Below are positions 42,620 through 55,700 of a DNA stretch of 64,000 nucleotides, piece by piece. Each line of letters opens with the position of its first letter. Positions within the stretch are counted from its first letter, which is position 1. This DNA comes from Trichosphaerium sp. ATCC 40318 (Eukaryota; Protista; Tubulinea): contig JALMLS010000612.1 in NCBI GenBank assembly GCA_038496445.1, forward strand, positions 310,001-374,000. Direction: 5' to 3'. The notes below the pieces were generated by a model. It was not told the origin of the DNA and searched no databases. It saw only the letters and a list, made by a program, of their open reading frames with translations. The position numbers and the translations under genes were made by a program.

Positions 42620-44536
42620 ATGGACTGGCTAAAGCGTGCCGTACGCGTTGTCTTTGAGCGCACTAGTGAGGATGGTAACCTACGGGATGATGTACTAGCG
42701 GCAAACACACTATGGAACAAAGAAGACAGTGGCGATACATCTTTCGTTATATTTATTCGCAAAGATGTGACTAGGAAACGGTTTAAACACCACCTACAAG
42801 AATACTTCAAGGAGAAGGGTTTCCTCATAAGACACGACAATAAGAGCGCTATGACAGCGTATCAACACACTCCTAAACGAAGTATTTTTATTCAAATGGC
42901 TTTCACGCAACAGGACCACCGTGTAATGAGGCTAGTATCCAGAGGCACTGCGCAAGACAAAAAGTTATTTGAGTACATGTTTCACGGTAATCAAGCAAAT
43001 ACAATCTATTAAGCTTGCTAAATGCGCCTAGAACTCGCCGAGCTATTCTGTGATGAACTGTTACTGAAAACTTTTCAAGAGCAAAAAAAGCCTGCGCGAC
43101 CTCTAACTGTTAGCATTGACCTCAAGAATACAGAGGAGTCGCCCCTACAGAAAATCTTAAAAGATGACACGGTATCCAAAAACTGTTACGCGTTGCAAAA
43201 CTAGCACGCTAATGCGCCATTACTCGTCCACTGACTAACGTTGTAGGTATTTGATAAAAACGAAAGCCAGTTTACTATCTACCTAAACGATCGCATCACA
43301 AAGGAAGAAATTCTCGGCTTGTTTGAGAAATACGCCGTTTCGCTTGGTTTTCAGTTGGGTTCTTCATCACGAACCTCGATAGTGTCCATCACAAAGCTAA
43401 GCAAAGACAATCAAAGTAATTAACCTATACCTACTTCACAGACAGCTAAAGCATACTTTCCCTTTTAGTGATCAAACGAGAACTCAAAATCGGATTTACA
43501 AAATCAAAAGAACGTATTCTGACTGGAAACTACGATGGCACGACATTACTTACTACTATGTTCACTATGCGCAACCTTTGGGTTTTTTTTGGGTTTTTGT
43601 AGACTTGCAAAAGGTTGCTGACTTTTTCTTCGTCTAGCTACCAATGCAGCCACTACTTTTTGGCGTGGTTTCGCTAAAGAATTGGCAAAGGAGCTTAGAG
43701 GCCTTAGAGGCCAAGACGAGCTACCTCCAGTTGTTTTAGCAGTAAGCGTTTCTTCAAAAGCAGATGCATCTGTTAAGGTCCCTCCACGCAAAGTAGAGTA
43801 TTCCAGACCTTCAAATGGTGATGAGAAAGCTGAAGAACAAAAAGAAACAGTTGAAGACGTCCCAGAGGCTGAGTACGTGTGGGAAGTAAATCCTAACGTT
43901 AAAACGGGCAGAGATGATACGTCTATACCCGATGAGACCATGGTTGACGAAACGGAGGACAAAGAAGAAAATCCTGTCGTTGAGGATATTGTTTTCCCTT
44001 CTACAGAAGCAGAAGATAAAGAAGATGAAGTAGTAGTAGTAGATACTCAAGAAGAAACTGAAGATATTGAAGAAGAACCTACAGAACCTACAGAAGAGGT
44101 GCGACCCTTTAATCAAAAAAAGAAGAAAAAAGAGAACAGACCCAAATTTTTGTTGCATTTTACTTATACTGTATAGGAGCCAGTAGATGAAACTGTAGAT
44201 CCTGAACCTGTAGCTGCCGAAGAAGAAGCTGCTGATGCTACATCTGAGCAAGTAGAAGAAACACCAGCTGAGACTGCCGGTGACAACGAAGAACCAGAAG
44301 CAGACGAAGAGGCAATACTTTAATCTTATTTCTTTTTGTTGTTAACATTGTTTGATATCAGGTTGTTTCCGAGGAAGAGGACGGAGTTGTTGCATCACCA
44401 GAGTATCTTCAAGGTAGTTAAGCATACAAGCAATCAAGAAGAAAGAAAAAAAAGCTTAAAATAAATCGTCATTCCTATGTAGAGGTAGTTGTTTTTTGAT
44501 GGTCTCAACCCACCTTGTGAAACGACCAAGTTCTAA
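42620..44536 (+). CDS. Hypothetical protein with two similar globular N-terminal units and a long acidic (E/D/V/T/P) tail
   Basis: Spliced open exons 42620-44536, with an acidic low-complexity region from about 43800. Confidence 0.6.
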
Positions 44537-44645
44537 GGGGCGACCTCTTTTATTGAATAGTAAATGTTTTGATGTATACGCCTACGAAGCATGTCATTTT
44601 GTACAAGGTGAATTCATTACAATGAAATCTTTGTTGTGACTTTCA

Positions 44646-45963
44646 ATGGAAAATTCTGTTTTTTTTCGTATTTTTATTACACATAACCCCAATTTGGTGG
44701 CAGGTGATCTATGTATCCGTTCTTATGCTTTCAAATATGTATAAGTGCTATTTTAACTATGCATAAGCTTGATAGAGGGCCGTATGTGGCTTGGTTGTTT
44801 TTTTATTTTACAATAGTGTTTGTATTACACTGGGTAGGCTTCATATACGTTGTTTCTTGTATCCTATACTCTTTTTGCTCGAGTTGACGTTTGTAATTCA
44901 TATTTCCTTAACAATAGACACCAATTTCGTTCTATTCGAGTGGTTCAACTATGCAATGGCTGTTGTAGCGTTTTATTTCCATTACAAGGTAAAATCGGTT
45001 TAAATAAGTGAAAATAATGTTTTAGGTATGTTCTTCAGATCCTGGGTACCTATCACGCGTTGACAACAGAACAAGTGGATGGAAATTTTGTGACACTTGT
45101 CAAGTAATTCTTTTTTTCGAAAAATTGAGCCAAAAACGCCATTATTCACTTCAATATAGATATGGAGGCCTTTACGTGCTAAACACTGTGGTATTTGTAA
45201 CAGATGCGTAACTAAATTTGATCATCATTGCCCAATAGTACGACATTAAATTCAAAAACATTTTTTCGTTTCATGTCTTGACTGACTTGTTACTAAAACC
45301 AAAGGTAAACAATTGTGTTGGACAGCGTAATTATAAGTTTTTTTGGTTATTTTTACTGTTCCAGACAATAAGCTTGTCTTGTGGTATTGTATACTTGGTA
45401 GATTGTACGAAATAATTTGAGTGTCTGACACTTTAAATGCATTGATCACATGACTGATTTTTTGTTGCAATTTAGATTTCACGAAACGTCAACCTGACTT
45501 CCGACCAACACTGTTATTATTTTCTAGGCACCGCCTATTGGTAATGTACGTTGTATTTATAGCGTTTAAGAGAGCAACATGCGGTGTTTGTGTTAGATTG
45601 ACTGACATTCAGCATGCAGAAGAATTTGACGCTTGATTTTTTTTAACCTAATATTTGTGACATTGTAGGTGCTTTGGTATGGGTGCTGTTATTATTTTGG
45701 GTGTTGGATTTGGTCTTGCTTTGGTAACATATTCGGTTTTTTGTAACATTACGTTGAATGAAGTAATCAACAGGTTTGTATTTGGATACAATTCTACACT
45801 CTTTATGAAGGAAGAAGACTCAATTGTTTTAGGCACAAGTATTCGTATACATCTCTATGGCCTTGGAAAAACAAATTTAATAAAGGTATAATATCTAACT
45901 TTATGACATCAATGGATATCGTTCGTGAAGAGCCTGTTTACGATCAATAACAAAAATAACTGA
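44646..45963 (+). CDS. DHHC palmitoyltransferase (second copy)
   Basis: [45 protein letters not shown] plus TM segments. Ends approximate. Confidence 0.88.
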
Positions 45964-46038
45964 AAAAAAAAGATGGGAAAAAAAATAAATAAAGGCACAA
46001 TAGCTACTTTGCTGCAGTAGGTTTTATTGATGAGTGTT

Positions 46039-47240
46039 TCAAAAACTGAGTACATCGAAATGCATTGACTCAACATACAATTCAACTGTAAACCTAGCAA
46101 CACCTCCTGTTTCTTGTTGGTTCTCTCTTTCCAATGAAATGATACCAACATGGTTAAAACGAACTGTACCAAGTTCTTCACGTAAGTCAGCCCCCAAGAA
46201 ACTGAGCGAACCACCCTTTTCGTCAGTGTCCGTACATTGGCCATCAATAACAAAGTGCTGCAAAAAAAGTCAAATTTAGAAGATGTAAACACGTGATTTA
46301 GATCAAAATATCCGTACCGTGTACCATTCCATCCAAGCATCAATATCAGCTGTGCTGATAGATACTTTCAAGTTACTCACTTTTGGTGGGTCTGGTTGCC
46401 TGTTATACTGTCTATCGGTTACAACCTTTTGTTCCCATGTGAAACTATCAATCTTGGCAATGCGTTCGCAAGGTAGACCGTCCAATTCAAGTCTAAAGTT
46501 GCTAACCAACCATTTCTTGGAGTTAGCATTCTCATCACCTTGTATTGGCTGGCCACTGCCTCTACAACTAACGTTAGCACATACAAACAAACAAAAAAAC
46601 AGTTCGGGTTGTACTTTGTGTATTGGATTATTTCGGGCTGTATCTGGACGCTCAGGTACCCAGGTTCATTGCTAGAACTATCACATGTTGGAACAGTAAC
46701 TGTTGTTATGTGGGCGTTATGAAAAGTGCGGAAGTCCTTTGTGGACGGATCTGATATCTCAACTGTTCGATAATGATGAGCTCCGACAACTAAAAACGAT
46801 AAACAATAAATTCAATTGATTTGTGGTGCCAACTTACCACTTGTTTGCATTGATACCCAATCAAGCAACTCTTGGTTCTGACTAAGTCCCATGGCAACTT
46901 CCATCGTCAATGGTTCATGGTTAATGGTGCTAAGGTGTTTCCTTTCAAAATTGCTAGTGCCAACAGACGAAGTGGTCTCTACAACGCCTTTTATTGTGCC
47001 TAAAAAATACCTCAAAACACAGACCCAAAACGAAGCTGGAAACCCGCATTAATTAACAAGAAAATTTACCTCCACTGACGTAATTTAATAACCCTCCTGG
47101 TCGCCTGTTTACTGTTGCTGTATAGTGAGCTCTTGAAATACAAACGGCGAAGGCTAGTATAAGAAAGCAGCTTGCTGTTCTAAATACGTAGGTAAGCAAT
47201 ACTGTAAAAGATGGAGGTAAGATAATGGGATGTACCTCAT
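46039..47240 (-). CDS. Secreted phage-tail-tube-like protein (tandem T4 gp19/CIS tube-like domains), 6 exons, 304 aa
   Basis: Exons 47240-47236, 47179-47070, 46999-46838, 46789-46615, 46561-46318 and 46257-46039 total 915 nt in frame, all introns GT-AG. Signal peptide MRTASCFLILAFAVCISRA. Motifs KHLSTINHEPLTMEV, ELLDWV, HITTVTVPTCDSSSNEPGYL, KKWLVSNFRLELDGL, NLKVSISTADIDAWMEW and ARFTVELYVESM. Confidence 0.8.
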
Positions 47241-47923
47241 TTTGTTGGTTTTTTGCTATGGTGTATTCGTTCACGTGCGTTAAGCTACTATTCGGTGAAG
47301 CCCAAAACGGTTCACATCTAAAACGAGCAACTTCGTGATGCCAACATCCCCAACAAAACTTGGATAGCCAGCAGCTAGTATGACGACCGATAGCAGTCAA
47401 ACCGGACAATTTATTGTCCAAGTTTTTGCAAAAGCTGAAAAAGCATTATAAGTATTCAACCAGGTCAACCCCACCACGTATGAGTACATGAGAAGTTTAA
47501 AAAAATCGAGTGTTTGTTATCACGCTATCCTATTGTTCTTAAGAGAATCGATAATTCGGCTGAATAGTGTCTTCGGAACTTCCGTACTGCTTACGAAAAA
47601 TATGGCGTCACTTCATGAACAGAACCTGCAGCATACAATTTTGTCTCATATGTCTTCCAACTTAAACGAGGGCTCGCTGGTTGGTAAAATTGCTTCTGTA
47701 GTACTATGTACTAAAATCAGTCATTGTTACGCCAATAGGATGATAAGAGATACAAGTAACTTTACGTTGTTAACAATAGGTTCGTAAGCATTAAGAAAGC
47801 TGCAGTACATGTGTAGGTAAACTGAGGAGCGCTCAAGGATAAGGAAAAAGTAATCCTTTTTTTTTGTTACTCACGTGTTTGTTATCGAGTTGCTATCAAG
47901 TTGGCGGGTGGCAATTGATTTAA

Positions 47924-50900
47924 TTATACAGTGTTCAATAGCTCAATACGTTGTTGCTCACGTATTTTCTGTCGACAACGCGCCAGTAGTGATTTTAGTT
48001 CAGTGACATGTTCTTCTACTAAGAGAACGCTTAATCTATCCAATATTGTCTCTAAGCAAGGTGTAGAGTATTTTACTTCTTCCAATAAATGCTGTGTTAC
48101 TAGTTCATTATTGTGCTCTAACCATTGATCAGTAAAAGACTTAATCGTAGACCCGATAAAGAGAAAAGAACAAGAAAGAAAGCCGAAAAAAGTTGGCCGA
48201 AGTTCAATAAAAGAAAAAGCCTGTTGTTGGGTTTGATGGTGTGATAGTATAAAATCTACGTACCCAATAGTATTACTAGTCCAAAAAACGTATCATTAAC
48301 GATATTATCATCTTTTGGATGGTTTGCTACAGCAAGACAGTAACTATGAACTACACGGCGTCGTATTAATTGCTCAATATGCTTCTCATCTGTTCCATAA
48401 TATTAGAAACTATGGTAAACTAGAAAAAAAGATGTACCGTGTAGAAGATTTGTAAAAAAAGTGACAGCTGCGTCTACAATGAGTATTTCATCTTGATACT
48501 TCTCTATTGTATCCATTACAATATCAGCAAGGCCGAGCTCTATGATTTGAGGACGACAGAAGCCTTAAAAAACAGTATAAGACCTTAAAGAAAAACTGCC
48601 AATAAACCAAAATAAAAGGCCTAAAAGAGAGGTAAAGGACTCTACTGTATTACTTACTATACGTAGCGAAGTTTCGCAATGCTGAGCAACAAAAATCTAG
48701 GATCGTGCTATCTCCACTACACGCCAACATGTGACGCTTTAAAATTTGTAGAATCTTAGCGTCGAACAGATGTACCACTGCTTTTTCTATTTTGAAAATT
48801 TAGACTACGCGTTTCAAAACACGTTATCTACGCGAAACAGAATGTTCGAGAATAGAGATAATAAAGCTTACCATCGAGTGCTAAGTTTATAACCAATCCA
48901 TAGGCGTCAGAATGAACGTTATCTACAATAATAATTTAGGAAAAAGGAAAAGATTTTCAGGAACAAAGCTTTAATCCATACGACGATTAGGCTAGCTTTG
49001 TATGTTCGTTCTGGACATAATTTAGAAAAGCGTACCAAAGAAGTTTTCAAAGTAGCTCAGTAATTGATCAACTGCCCCAATTTCAAGTAGTCGACGTGAG
49101 TAATCAGCTATGAGTGCTATTTTAGAGAAACTGTGACACGGGGGTAGAAGAATTTGTTTGGATTTTTTGAAACTGTTTTTTGATTTTCGACTTGTCTGCT
49201 TGTTTGTGTACCTGAGATATACGTTATATTACGGAAAAAGAAGCATACTTCATCTTGTAGTTGTTTATGATCTTTATAGCGCTTCATAGCATTTGTTGCT
49301 TTTTCCAGTACTGATGCTTCTACCAATCGTGCGCTTATATTAGGTAATTTATGACTAAGATTTGCCAAACAAAATAACACATTGTGTATGACTTGTGCTT
49401 CTCCAAAATGAAGATCAAGTATATTCATTAGCGTATTAACAATACCAGCATCACACATGAGCTTATGATTATTCTCTAAAGTACTCTACAAGTAAGAAAA
49501 AAATCCACTAAAACAAAACAAAAATGACAAAAGGGTTTTTTTGCTTTTTTACGTACCATACAGTGAAAGATTTCCTAGCGCTCCTGCTGAGTCTTGGCAT
49601 AGTAGGGGATGTTTAGAGAATCTCTTAAGGCCATCAATGATAATAGTAACAACTTTGGCTGCAGGGATAGTTAAACAGACAACAGATGTTGTTTATTTGT
49701 GTACCTTCATAAAACTTTTTTTCTTGCTCGCAACTGTCTTGTCCGTCATCAATTTGTTGGAAACACATACGTTTTGTAACATAACACGCTAGTGTAAGTA
49801 GTTCTAGATCATCAGGGTTTGATTTCATTAGCTGGGTAACCTTTTTAAACGGTTTTAGCTTTCACCTTTAACTAATCGGTTATTGTATACGTACTTGTGC
49901 TGCTTCTGATATCGTTATGTTATTGACGCCTCTATGTGCATCTGCTTCATACGCTAATTCTAATGGCACGCCCTTTTCTACGAGCATCTTTATCCTGATC
50001 CTGCACTCATGTGATTAGTCACGATAGCCACCATTGTAGGCGTACTTGTGCAATTTTACAAAAAAAGCCTTTCGCTTGTTGTCAGCCCATTCCCAACGAG
50101 ATCGCCACCAAGCTAATTAAAATGAGCGTTTCATAATTTTAAAGGAGAATGTACGAGGTTTATCCTGTATTGTTTCAGGGCGATCAATTAACCTACAAAA
50201 CACGTTATAAACAACCAAGAGAACAGTAGTAATTGCTTTACCCATAATACAACTCTGGATAATAGCATTGAAGGCTCCGCTTGAGTAGCGCTATCTCATA
50301 CGATATCCAACGGTACCTACGCGATGCAAGGGACAACGCTGCAAGAGAATAAGGTGACAAATAAGCGCATAATTGATCTAGCAGTTCGTTGGGTAACAAC
50401 AAGAGCGACATGCTGTTTGTAAACCTTTAAAACTCACGTTTAATTGACTTTAACAGACTTGTTGTGACGATTTCGTTGATTTTTAAGTGTCACTTTGAAT
50501 ACTGTTTTCCTTGTGATAGTGAACGTACAAAGCGGGCCATTATGGAAAAATGATGGGTTGCGCGTATTTTTGCAGTTTGCGTTGGTCAGGAGAGAAAATA
50601 ACGTCGCTGTAGGTTAGAGGATTTTTTTTTTTCATTATTTGTACAGTTTTACGTTTAGTTTACAGGGTTTGATTTATGCTCCAAACCAGCTTCCCGTGGC
50701 ATCTACGCAAATAATGAGGGTTGTACAGGTTGTTTCAGATAAAAAAAAAACGTACTCATTACATTTGTCAAGAAATCCTTTGGTCGTTTTGGTTGAAGAT
50801 GTATTTCGCGTGGAAAAAAGTCATCTTCTTTTTGAGGTGTAGTTCGTGGTTGTACTGATTTACGTGGACTTTGGTGATGTGGTGATCGCAAAGGATCTTT

Positions 50901-51823
50901 AGAATTCAAAATTAAAAAAAGATCCACTAGTTTTAAAGGGTCACATACCATTACGTATACCAGTATGCATGCCAGTATGTATGCTAGCTTGCACGCCACT
51001 ATGCATGCCATTGCGATTGCGTAGAGGCGATCTCATATTATCGTTAAAAGCACTCAAGGTGGGTTGTGGTTGTGGTTGGTACTAAGTACTTGTTAATCAT
51101 GAAAAACAAAAATTCTTGTTCGTTAGACATACAGTTACTGATTGTGCTGGTGCAGTAGTACGCAGGTGTCTCTCTGGAGGAACATAGTCTCCAGGACCGA
51201 ATTGTGGGATTATTTGCTCTTGTCTCTGCTGCGTCTGAGGTGTCGTAGTAGCAAAGGTGCCTGTTCCGAGCTTTTGAACAGTATGATGTTGAAAGTTGTA
51301 TGCTTGGTTTTGATGTGCTAGAATTTGCGTCAGTTTAAATCAAATCGAAATAGCTAATGTTATAATACCTTGAGATTGATCTATTCGGTTTGACACCATA
51401 GCTATGTTTTCATCATAGAATCTGCGAGTTGTTAGCTACGCGAAACAAGTTATAGTTAGGTGTGGCATACTGTAGTTGTGGAGGACGATCAAAGGTACTC
51501 AATTGTACCGTAGATGGCTCTGTGGTTTGCATACCTACGTTATGTTACCGTTATGACATGTAACGAAGACAATTGACGTGCCTTTCGAAAGTTTGGAAAC
51601 CTCCATTGGTAAGAATGCTTGCTTTGAGAAGCCCTTATACTCTATTGCTCAATCAAAAACTACGACTAAGTGTATTCGTACCTTCTACCTCCCGAGACAC
51701 CACTGGGGTACCCATGGAGCCGATACCTACAGGTGGAAGCGTATTAAGCGCTGTATGGCCTACTGGTAAGTCTGAAGGGTTCTCGTCGACTAAACTGGCC
51801 CACAATACACTCTCGTAGCTCAT
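47924..51823 (-). CDS. Armadillo-repeat protein with a low-complexity N-terminus, many exons
   Basis: ARM-like repeats (SAGALGNLSLY; DAGIVNTLMNILDLH...LFCLANL; VCFFFRNI). Model approximate. Confidence 0.65.
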
Positions 51824-52038
51824 TGTAAATATGCTCTTTTCACCACAAAATAAAAAGAAATTAAAAATGGCGGTCAGATAGTTTCATTTGTCAAAAATAA
51901 TTAGCGTCAAGTGTCACCCATTACGTGACGTCTTTATGTCGTAACTCTTTGTAAATACCACTGTTCGTTTTAATGTACATAGTAGCAATAATGTTGCAAG
52001 TGTTGTTTGTTTAGGTACAACAGTTTTTGGTTTGTTGG

Positions 52039-52611
52039 TTATTGTTCTTCTTTGTTGCCTTTCTTCTTCATCTTTGCTTCTCTTCCCCATACCTTCGGTG
52101 GTTCATAGACGTATGTTGTATTGTCTATTCTGTGAGGAAAGAGTGTCATCATATCGTCTAACAGTGATTAGTTTTAATGCAATCGCTGTGACAATCCGTA
52201 CCGAGCAACATCCAGCCTTTCTTATCAGCTGTTGTGATTCTACGCTCCTCGCCATCATGCTCTGGTACGCCTATAATGCTGTTTTAGTGCCTGTTAGCCT
52301 ATGTTGAGATTACCTTTGTAGATTTTGATGCCCCATGCCTGTCCAAAGTTTCCTCTTTGGTTCTATGTAGTGTCAATAAGCTATTTTGAGCGCATTTGTA
52401 CCCTGTATGTCGGTTTTACGCGTGTAATAAGCCAGTAAGAATTAGCTTCGTTCTTTTTACCATCCAAAGGTTCATTTGGATACCATGTCTTGCGTACAAC
52501 CTTTTTACCCAGGCCGTATTGCTCAAGCTTTAGTGTTGCTTCAAATAAGCGTAAACCTTGACCTCTGCCCCTCTTGAATGTCTTGATGGCTGTTTTGCGC
52601 ACAATAGCCAT
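52039..52611 (-). CDS. MRPS34: Mitochondrial ribosomal protein mS34-like
   Basis: LFEATLKLEQYGLGKKVVRKTW...SYWLITRVKP...GQAWGIKIYKG matches the mS34 pattern, with a basic N-terminus. Confidence 0.75.
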
Positions 52612-52798
52612 GTTTAAATCTTGCCTTGTCTAGTAAATGCTATTTAGAACGGTAGTACGAGTGTAAATGACGTACAATGTAAGTTCAAGGACGGCTTGTC
52701 GTTTTAGATGAGAATTGGTCTGACTTGTAGTACCTTGTCTTTTGAATTGTATTCGCCAAACTTGCATGTTCCTGTAAGACCAATGCTTCCCTTGACGC

Positions 52799-55700
52799 AT
52801 GGCCGATAAAGTACGTTGTTATTCTTTTTTAATTGTTTTGCATTTGTTGTACTGACAAACGCGAATGGCTTGCCGATTGCGTTTATCGTTCGAGTTCTTA
52901 CCCGTTGTAGCCGGAACACTCACACACTCCACCCACATCACTACACATACTAGACGATAGTCTAAAGGCCAGCATACCGTCGTGGGCGTACGAAAAATAT
53001 GTTTATTTGCTACGCGAAACGGACCAGCTCGAACAAGATCTTGTAGAGCGCATACACAAGCTCAACGAGAAATATCTCGTACTTAACAATTGGAAACAGA
53101 AAACAGTTGTGCGCTACCACGAACACTTACAAACCACTATCAACGGCGTCAGCAAGGAAGTAAATCGTGTCCTACTTCAGCAAGTACGAATTGACACTTT
53201 CTCTTACTCTAAAACTGTATCAAAAAAAACCGACTTTATGTAACCATGCGCATAGGACCAACTTTTGGCGGAACACAAGCGTACTGAGCAAGAAAAAAGA
53301 TCGGAGCTTGCTTCTAAAAAGTCCCAGCTCGCCGCTGACACTGTACACTTACAAGAGCTTAACGAGCAAGCCAAGCAATTAACAGAAGATAAACTACAGC
53401 TCGAAAAATTACTGTCAAATCTAAAAGGTAGAAAAAAGCACCTTATTGACCCACGGTTCGTTTCTGGTCGTCCACGGGCGTCCCTAGAAGCTACAGTACG
53501 CGAAGAAGAAGATTTCAGGGATGTAACATGGAAAGCAAAGTTTTCAGAGGAGGTACGGGCAAACATTCTCGAATAGGCAAAAAGTGAAATTTCTGAATTT
53601 TCTCCTAGACTGCCCGTTTATCTCCCTTATCAACAATAACATCATGTTTGATGGCTTCTAGAAAGCTTTGCCTATCAGCTATACGAGATTTAGTAACGCT
53701 TGGCAACTGTAGCGTTCCTGAAGCGCTATGCAACCTGTTACAACAATCAAGCGACGTTGATACTATACAAGTACTGTCTTTTGCACAAACACGTGACAAT
53801 AGTCTGATATATTTATAGGAGCTCTCTGATGCGTTTATTGCAGTCGTAGCCCATAATGAAGTTGAGCGCGGCGGTTTGGTATCTTGGGCTCTAAGACACA
53901 TGTCAAATCATTCAAGTGTAGAAAAATGGAAAGCACGCTTCAGGGGCCTTCCTACTCTTGCTGAGGTTGTTATAACATCTTTCTTGCGCACATTTGGCAA
54001 GAAGTACTTTCGTGAAACATTGCTTGAGTTTATTGAGGATGTTGCCACAAAGCCTTCCCTCGAGGTAACCTCTCTGAGATTTAATTTTTTTTTTTGAGAT
54101 CTTTCATTAAAAAAAGTGTTGAGCACAAGCTCTTTGTTTGCTCACTTGTTGCTATTAGATCGACCCTGTAAAGTGCAAGGACGCTAACAAAAACATGCAC
54201 ATTATAAAGAGCATTGCATCACGTCTTATAAGCGTGATTTGTGATAGTGTTGATACTATGCCACGACAAGTCCGTGATGTTTGTGTTGAAACAAAAATCC
54301 TTGTGCAAAAAGAATTTCCTGGTGAAGTACCTACTTCAATAGCTGAAATTTTACTTTTAAGACTTTTCGCTGTTGGTCTACGCGATCCAGAAGGGTACGC
54401 CTATACTGGAGAGCTGGAATCGCATACAAGGAGGACACTCGAGATTCTTGGTGATTTTTTATCTGTACGTTTTGTATTCTTTCTTTTTTTCTTTTTGTTT
54501 GTATTGTTAACAGTTCATTAGGGCTATGTATTTGGTAGATACGTGCACGAATATATGGGTGCATTGAATACAGTGCGTATGAACAATCTAGCGATTGTTC
54601 AACGATTTCTATTGCATGCTGCGACTGTACGTAACTTTTGTCTGATTGTTCTTTTTTTTTTTCGGGCAACAATTGACTCTTTTCTAGCCAAAAGCCGACT
54701 GTCAACTTTCTCCACCTTTTGCACCACTCACACAAAGACCACTATATTCTATACAAACTGCGCTTGCTTCTTTTAGTCACCAACGCAAGGAGAGCTTCTT
54801 AAATAACGTAAAGGCTGCTCAACCTCACGAATTCTACTCTTGTATATTGAAATACAAGACAGGTGAGAGGCTTCTGCAAATCTTACAAGGAATGAAAGTT
54901 GCACAAAAAGAGGGTGTATTGACAAGCAACACACGTTGGATAGGTGAATTAATAACGTACCTTACAGACGACAAATTGGAGGTTATCTTTGCGCTTATGG
55001 AAGGTAAAGTGAAAAACAAATTACAAAAAAAGTTTACTGATTTTTTTCTTCTTAGTGCTTCGAACTTGTTCATCTAGGACTATAGTCCTTGAAGTAGGAT
55101 TTGCTATTGTGACATTATATGAAGTTATTCCACCTAAACTAGGAGCTACAACAACGGAGCGGTTGTTTAAAGCTGTAATGCAAAAAGAAATGGCTCGTTT
55201 GCAACAAGCTCCAGGTTAGTCCTTAGAATAATTATAATTTGAGGCTAATACGTTGTTTAAAGCTGCCAGGTACATTCCAACGCTATGTGCAAGCATATTT
55301 AAGGTATGGAGTAGTCCTCATCTTCTTGTAAGCCAAAAATTTCTTGCTAAACAAACTAAGGCGTATACTTGGTTACAAGTTCGTACAGAGTTTATAAGCT
55401 GCGTTCGGCCTTTAGTACTAGAGGACGCAACCAGGAAACTTTTCAGAAAGTCATTTGAAGGTGACGAATTGGTATGCTGCTGAACAACAGTCATTAAACT
55501 TTATTCTACGCTCTCTGACTTCTTTTGTAGGTTAAGAAGCCAAAAAAACTGATACCTTTGATGGACGCTTTTCTGGAGTGTTTCAAAGCATTTTTAAAGA
55601 GCTGTCCAAAGCCTATTTGGCGCGTGTGCAATTTTATGACGAGACAAGTGATAGACTTGACAACAGAGTTTTGGTTGCTTCTTCTTGTGTTTCCTGTACT

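Noticed and set aside
43546-44251. Antisense Ser-rich and Phe-rich ORFs
   Set aside because: They are complements of the acidic GAA-rich exon on the plus strand.
50950-51011. Imperfect 12-bp repeat encoding GMHSG/GMHTG in the ARM gene
   Set aside because: Ordinary low-complexity coding repeat.
44600-52000. A complete contractile-injection-system or prophage locus around the tube-like gene
   Set aside because: The neighbours are eukaryotic DHHC and ARM-repeat genes. No sheath, baseplate, spike, integrase or capsid motifs were recognised in the window.
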